Source: Promethearchaeota archaeon
Lineage (GTDB): Archaea; Asgardarchaeota; Lokiarchaeia; Sigyniarchaeales; SOKP01
NCBI GenBank assembly: GCA_048940925.1
Contig: JBHLOC010000008.1
Location: forward strand, 1-64,000
Direction of reading: 5' to 3'
DNA length: 64,000 nt
A program made the position numbers and the translations under genes. The notes below the pieces were generated by a model. The model searched no databases. It was not told where the DNA came from and saw only the letters and a list, made by a program, of their open reading frames with translations. Positions within the stretch are counted from its first letter, which is position 1, and each line of letters begins with the position of its first letter. Shown in pieces: positions 59,458 to 64,000 of the stretch.

Positions 59458-60162
59458 ATGAATGATCTCGACCTTGATATTCGACCAATCACTATGGACG
59501 AATGGTTACCAGATCGTTGTCTCGGAGGTGGCAAACCAATTGATCCTTCCAAACTCACACTTCAAGCTGGCTGCACCAGTCTTTGCTTGTTCTATACCGC
59601 TACCGCACTAGGGATATCACGTCAAGAATCACTTACTCAACCAGCAGATGAAATTAAGAAAAAGGCTGATCGAGAACCTGCATGTCGTAGCATGTTGGTT
59701 GAATTATATCGTGAAACAATCGAAAAACATGGAGGTTGTGGTTTTGTTGCTTGGTATGAAGGTAAAATCGTAGGGTACCATAATTTCTTCCCTCGGAATA
59801 TTGCACGCAGGATTAAGTTCTTTGGTTGGGGAGAAGATATTGACAGTTCTAAACTAACACTCATACACAATTGCATTACCCATATACGTGGAGATTACCG
59901 TCGTAAGAAGATTGGAACACGACTTGCCCGGACATCCTTGACATGGGCGAAAGAAAACGGATGGGAACGGTTTGAGGTACATCTTGTACTCCCGGACGTT
60001 GAAAATGGTTTCCGCAATGAGCAAAAGTCATGTCGTACCTTCTGGGAAAAACTGGGATTGACGGTATTTAGAACATTTTCTTCAGATGAAGAAACACAAA
60101 AAGTTTATGGTGTACCAGTCCGACACTCTATGGCGGTTGATCTGACAACGTGGAAACCCTGA
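59458..60162 (+). CDS. GNAT-fold acetyltransferase
   Basis: GFVAWYEGKIVG, YRRKKIGTRL and FWEKLG motifs; visibly more GC-rich than neighbours. Confidence 0.75.
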   Translation: MNDLDLDIRPITMDEWLPDRCLGGGKPIDPSKLTLQAGCTSLCLFYTATALGISRQESLTQPADEIKKKADREPACRSMLVELYRETIEKHGGCGFVAWYEGKIVGYHNFFPRNIARRIKFFGWGEDIDSSKLTLIHNCITHIRGDYRRKKIGTRLARTSLTWAKENGWERFEVHLVLPDVENGFRNEQKSCRTFWEKLGLTVFRTFSSDEETQKVYGVPVRHSMAVDLTTWKP

Positions 60163-60515
60163 AACTCCCAACATTAATAATATAAATAATAATTGAAAGA
60201 AATTAAATCTAAATATTACAGGTTTTATGTAATATCTTTGATTAAAAAATTTGTGGATTTATAGCTTAACAAAGAAGACCTGTTAAATTATTCCTTATTA
60301 AGATATAGGAGGATTTGCTTATAACTTCCTTCGTTCTGCATGGAAAGACCGAAAAGAAAATTCCATTTCTAATACTGTTAAAGAAATAAAAATTTTAAAA
60401 AATGAATTAAGATCTCGTGTATGGTTAATGAATTTAGATAAGATTGAAAAATTAATAGGTAGACGAGATAAATATGTTATTTTTGGGGTTTATATAGGTG
60501 GTTTCATCAATAGCT

Positions 60516-61067
60516 CTATACTGATCCCCATCTTTTTATATTGGTTTCTAAACCTATCTGGTCAAGTATTCTTCCTACAGTATGTTCAATTAATTCAGTA
60601 ACATCTTTAGGTTTAATATAGTAAGAAGGAACAGGTGGAGCGATTATAACTCCTAACCTCGCCAGTTTTAGCATATTTTCTAAATGAATTGCATTTAATG
60701 GACTTTCTCTTACAACTAATATGAGTTTTCTTTGTTCTTTTATCATTACATCTGCTGCCCGAGTAATCAAATTATCTGCATATCCGTTTGCAATTGCTGC
60801 TAATGTTTTCATTGAACAAGGCACTATAATCATATTCTCTATTTTGTATGAGCCACTCGCTGGTGGAGCAGCCAAATCGTCTACTGTGTAATTCTTTGAA
60901 GCTAAATTACGGATCTTAGAAATAGAGTAATCTGTTTCAAGCTCAATTATTTTTTGAGCACTATCAGATATAATTAATTCTCGGTTAATTTCATTTTCTT
61001 TAAGGATTTCTAATAATCGTATGGCAATTTGAACACCAGTTGCCCCTGAAATCGCAATTAACACCAT
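60516..61067 (-). CDS. ubiX: Flavin prenyltransferase
   Basis: ISGATG, PPASGS, PCSMKTLA, RAADV and RESPL motifs. Confidence 0.93.
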   Translation of the reverse strand: MVLIAISGATGVQIAIRLLEILKENEINRELIISDSAQKIIELETDYSISKIRNLASKNYTVDDLAAPPASGSYKIENMIIVPCSMKTLAAIANGYADNLITRAADVMIKEQRKLILVVRESPLNAIHLENMLKLARLGVIIAPPVPSYYIKPKDVTELIEHTVGRILDQIGLETNIKRWGSV

Positions 61068-61319
61068 AAGTTTGAAGTAGACCTTAATTTTTGTCTAATA
61101 AAATGTTTCAATTATTTTTAGGTTTTTCTAATTTTTATTATAATTCCGAAATCTAAAATGATAATCAACCTAATAAAATTTTATAATATTTAATTTAAAA
61201 CAAAAAATAATGTCATTTTAAGCTTTATAATAAAATTTAGTAATTCTCCAATCTCTATATGCATTAGTAAATGTTCTTCTTTTTCCTTTACATAAATAGA
61301 ATTATTTAGCTATAATAAA

Positions 61320-62687
61320 GTGAAATTATTTATTATTACAAATAACCAAATTGAGGAAATTCAAAAACTAATAAAAATAGAAATTGACTCCTATTACTCC
61401 AAATGTAAAAAACCTAATAGTTATTCTCAGATAGCTAAAGATCTCGGATTTAGCCCTCCGACTATTCGTAAATATGCAAAGAGATATTTAATTAGAGAAT
61501 ATGGAGAAAATGGTGGTTTAGAATTATACAATCAATACAAAAAGTTAAGTCGTAAAACACCAAATAAATGGACTTATGAGTATTTACAGGAATTAGCAAA
61601 AAGAAGAGGATTAGAAGAAAATAACATTGAAGGAAAGTTAATTACAACTAAAGATGAATTTTTCGAATCTATAAAAAGTCAATATCCAAGTGGTGTTAAG
61701 TTAAAATGGTGGTGTGGAAAAAAAAATCATGACCCATGGGAAACTTCTGGGAGTGAGGTAAAACGTAGTTGGTGTCCTAGATGTTTTAGAGAAAGAGTGA
61801 GCTTTTCATATAGTTATCTACATGCTTTAGCAAAAAAAAGAGGTTTTGAAGAAACTCGAATCGAAGGGATACTTATTACAAATAGGAAAGAATTCGCAAG
61901 ACTAATAAAAAAAGGTATCGAGCCAAGTAAAATAAAATTAAAATGGTGTTGTTGCATAAAAGATCATAATCCTTGGGAAGCTTCAGCTAAAGATATAAAA
62001 GGATATAACTCAAGAAAAGGATCTTGGTGCCCTAGATGTGCTATAGAAAAGAATAGTCTTTCATATGAAGACCTACGAGCTCTAGCCAAGAAAAGGGGCA
62101 TTGAAGAGACAGGAATAAAAGGAACGCTTATTACTAGTAAGCAAAAGTTCGAGAAATTAGCAAAAAGAGGTACTGAGCCAAGTAAAACAAAACTAAAGTG
62201 GTGGTGCTGTAATAAAGATCATGAACCATGGAAAGCTACTCCTAATAGCATAAGCAGAGGGACTTGGTGTCCGTATTGTTCACAAGGTAAGTATGAAAGG
62301 ATTTGTCGCCGTTTTTTCCAGATAATATTTAAAGAGAAATTTCGGAAAATTTCGTTATCAAATTTAATTAAGGATAGCGATATAAAAATGCACTTAGATG
62401 GGTATGCTAAAGTAAACATTCATGGTAAATTGATAAAACTAGCCTTTGAATACAATGGATATCAACATTACATATGGCCCAATGTGTACCATAACACTGT
62501 ACAAAAATTCCTTGAACAGCAAGACCGAGATATTCTAAAAAGAAAAATATGTGAAGAAAATGGAATCATTCTAATCGAGTTTCCATATAAGATAAGTCCT
62601 AGGATGAAAGAACCTGAAAAAATAAAGAATTTTATCATTAGTGGATTTGAGAATAAAACAGGTATAAAATTACCAAAATTACAATAA
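61320..62687 (+). CDS. HTH, three zinc-ribbon repeats and C-terminal Vsr/PD-(D/E)xK-like endonuclease
   Basis: SYSQIAKDLGFSPPTIRKY; 3x KLKW.C...H.PW...WCP.C; LDGY...FEYNGYQHY...DILKRKICEENGIILIEFPY. Confidence 0.75.
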   Translation: MKLFIITNNQIEEIQKLIKIEIDSYYSKCKKPNSYSQIAKDLGFSPPTIRKYAKRYLIREYGENGGLELYNQYKKLSRKTPNKWTYEYLQELAKRRGLEENNIEGKLITTKDEFFESIKSQYPSGVKLKWWCGKKNHDPWETSGSEVKRSWCPRCFRERVSFSYSYLHALAKKRGFEETRIEGILITNRKEFARLIKKGIEPSKIKLKWCCCIKDHNPWEASAKDIKGYNSRKGSWCPRCAIEKNSLSYEDLRALAKKRGIEETGIKGTLITSKQKFEKLAKRGTEPSKTKLKWWCCNKDHEPWKATPNSISRGTWCPYCSQGKYERICRRFFQIIFKEKFRKISLSNLIKDSDIKMHLDGYAKVNIHGKLIKLAFEYNGYQHYIWPNVYHNTVQKFLEQQDRDILKRKICEENGIILIEFPYKISPRMKEPEKIKNFIISGFENKTGIKLPKLQ

Positions 62688-62741
62688 CATAACTGTTCAA
62701 ACTAGTAAATCTATTTTTAAGGTGTGATAGAAATGCAAGAA

Positions 62742-63914
62742 TTAAATAAGTCCCCTTGCGACAATTTGCGATGACCTATATTTTTCCCACAGTGATAAAA
62801 ATTTCTTCAATGTCTCATCACTTGTATAAATTCTATTTCTTGCCTCTCTTTTAGCTTTTAATATTTTAAGAAACCTTTTATCTAAATTTCGGATATAATA
62901 ATCGCCTAATTTGTCTAATCTATCTCTTTTTTCCCCTAGTTTGATAGTATCTATCGCAATCTCACCTGACATCATTGCATAAGGGATCCCTTTACCACTT
63001 ATTGGATCTACAAATCCTCCAGCATCCCCTACAGCAAACACATTTTCTTTGTATAGCTGTTGTTTTAATCCAACTGGAATCAAATGAGGTTTGAAAATTT
63101 CCAGTGTTGCATCTTTTAAAGCTTGTTTTACGAAGGGGAGTGAAATGAATTTATCAAACTCTTTTCTTGAATTTTTTATTAAATTAATTTGATTACCCCA
63201 ACCTACGGTAATAGTTTCCGCTTTTGGGAATAACCATGAATAACCAATAGGTATTAAATTCTCAATTCCAAAAAACAAATGTACAGTGTCATCCCCGAGA
63301 ACTTCAGCAATTTTTGATTTAGTGCTTTTCATTTCTTTAGTGATCGTTAAAATAATATTAGTATTGTTAAAATTCGGCCAATTTAGTGATTTCAACGTTG
63401 GGGATGTAACCCCATCAGCGGCTATTACATATTTAGAAGTATATGTATCTTTTTTAGTCGTTATAAGGTATGAATCCCCTTTTCTATCTATACTAATTAA
63501 TGGTTCGTCTTCTTTTAGAATTGCTCCGCAATCTACAGCCCAATCTGTTAAAAATTTATCAAATGTGCTTCGCCAAATGACAGCACCTTTACCTTTTTTA
63601 GAGTAATCTTCTCCATCAACATGATGTAGTTCTAAAGATTCTATTATACGACTAATTTTTTCTTCAGGATAATCAATTTCTTCTACTAATTCCCAAGCTA
63701 TAGCCCCTCCACATGCCTTATATCGACCTTCTTTATTTAATTTCTCTTTCTCAAGTATACATGTTGAATATCCATTATCTGCTGCAATCTTTCCTGCAAC
63801 TGATCCTCCTGGACCTGCCCCAACAACCAAAATATCAAAATTGTTCATAAGGATTTTCTCTATTTTTATGAGATTCTTATAAGAAAGTGAAGCTGTATTA
63901 AAAATATTATACAA
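62742..63914 (-). CDS. Geranylgeranyl reductase family FAD oxidoreductase (start probably ATG 63848)
   Basis: VVGAGPGG, KACGG, AADG, YSWLFPK and GDAGGFVDPISGKGI motifs. Confidence 0.88.
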   Translation of the reverse strand: MYNIFNTASLSYKNLIKIEKILMNNFDILVVGAGPGGSVAGKIAADNGYSTCILEKEKLNKEGRYKACGGAIAWELVEEIDYPEEKISRIIESLELHHVDGEDYSKKGKGAVIWRSTFDKFLTDWAVDCGAILKEDEPLISIDRKGDSYLITTKKDTYTSKYVIAADGVTSPTLKSLNWPNFNNTNIILTITKEMKSTKSKIAEVLGDDTVHLFFGIENLIPIGYSWLFPKAETITVGWGNQINLIKNSRKEFDKFISLPFVKQALKDATLEIFKPHLIPVGLKQQLYKENVFAVGDAGGFVDPISGKGIPYAMMSGEIAIDTIKLGEKRDRLDKLGDYYIRNLDKRFLKILKAKREARNRIYTSDETLKKFLSLWEKYRSSQIVARGLI

Positions 63915-64000
63915 TAATACATACTTATTTTGAAATTTCTATTTATAAAAAAACTAATCTTTTTGCTCAGTAAGAAAAGAAAGCAAAATATTGTTGAATT

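Noticed and set aside
4529-63606. Numerous 60-150-aa antisense or overlapping ORFs in the track (e.g. 4529, 7851, 19791, 27991, 41775, 49613, 63286)
   Set aside because: Shadows of well-supported genes on the opposite strand or frame, with no motifs or RBS

Overview
AT-rich archaeal chromosome segment, most likely from an Asgard archaeon (Lokiarchaeia/Promethearchaeota). This is inferred from a roadblock protein, a Rag/Arf-like small GTPase, longin-like proteins, a GOLPH3/Vps74-like protein, a Loki-CTERM-type surface protein and AGGTG-type ribosome-binding sites. Layout: 1-12.6 kb is an accessory patchwork of unrelated genes and gene fragments punctuated by a dispersed ~40-bp repeat. 12.8-48 kb holds housekeeping and eukaryotic-signature genes. 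51-64 kb is a mevalonate/isoprenoid lipid cluster. Two features are invisible to the ORF track. (1) The mevalonate kinase gene is split inside its conserved GE|HFVVYG motif by a 31-nt frameshifting insert whose ends fold into a bulge-helix-bulge-like motif with predicted cut sites at exactly the junctions that restore the frame, i.e. a candidate archaeal mRNA intron. (2) Three paralogous minus-strand micro-peptide cassettes (21-35 aa ORFs with RBS) lie at 28.7-31.7 kb, between the roadblock and small GTPase genes, each behind the same TATA box plus palindromic operator. Two genes also appear to initiate at ATT. No rRNA, tRNA or CRISPR array was recognised. All product calls are by-eye motif recognition, not database searches.
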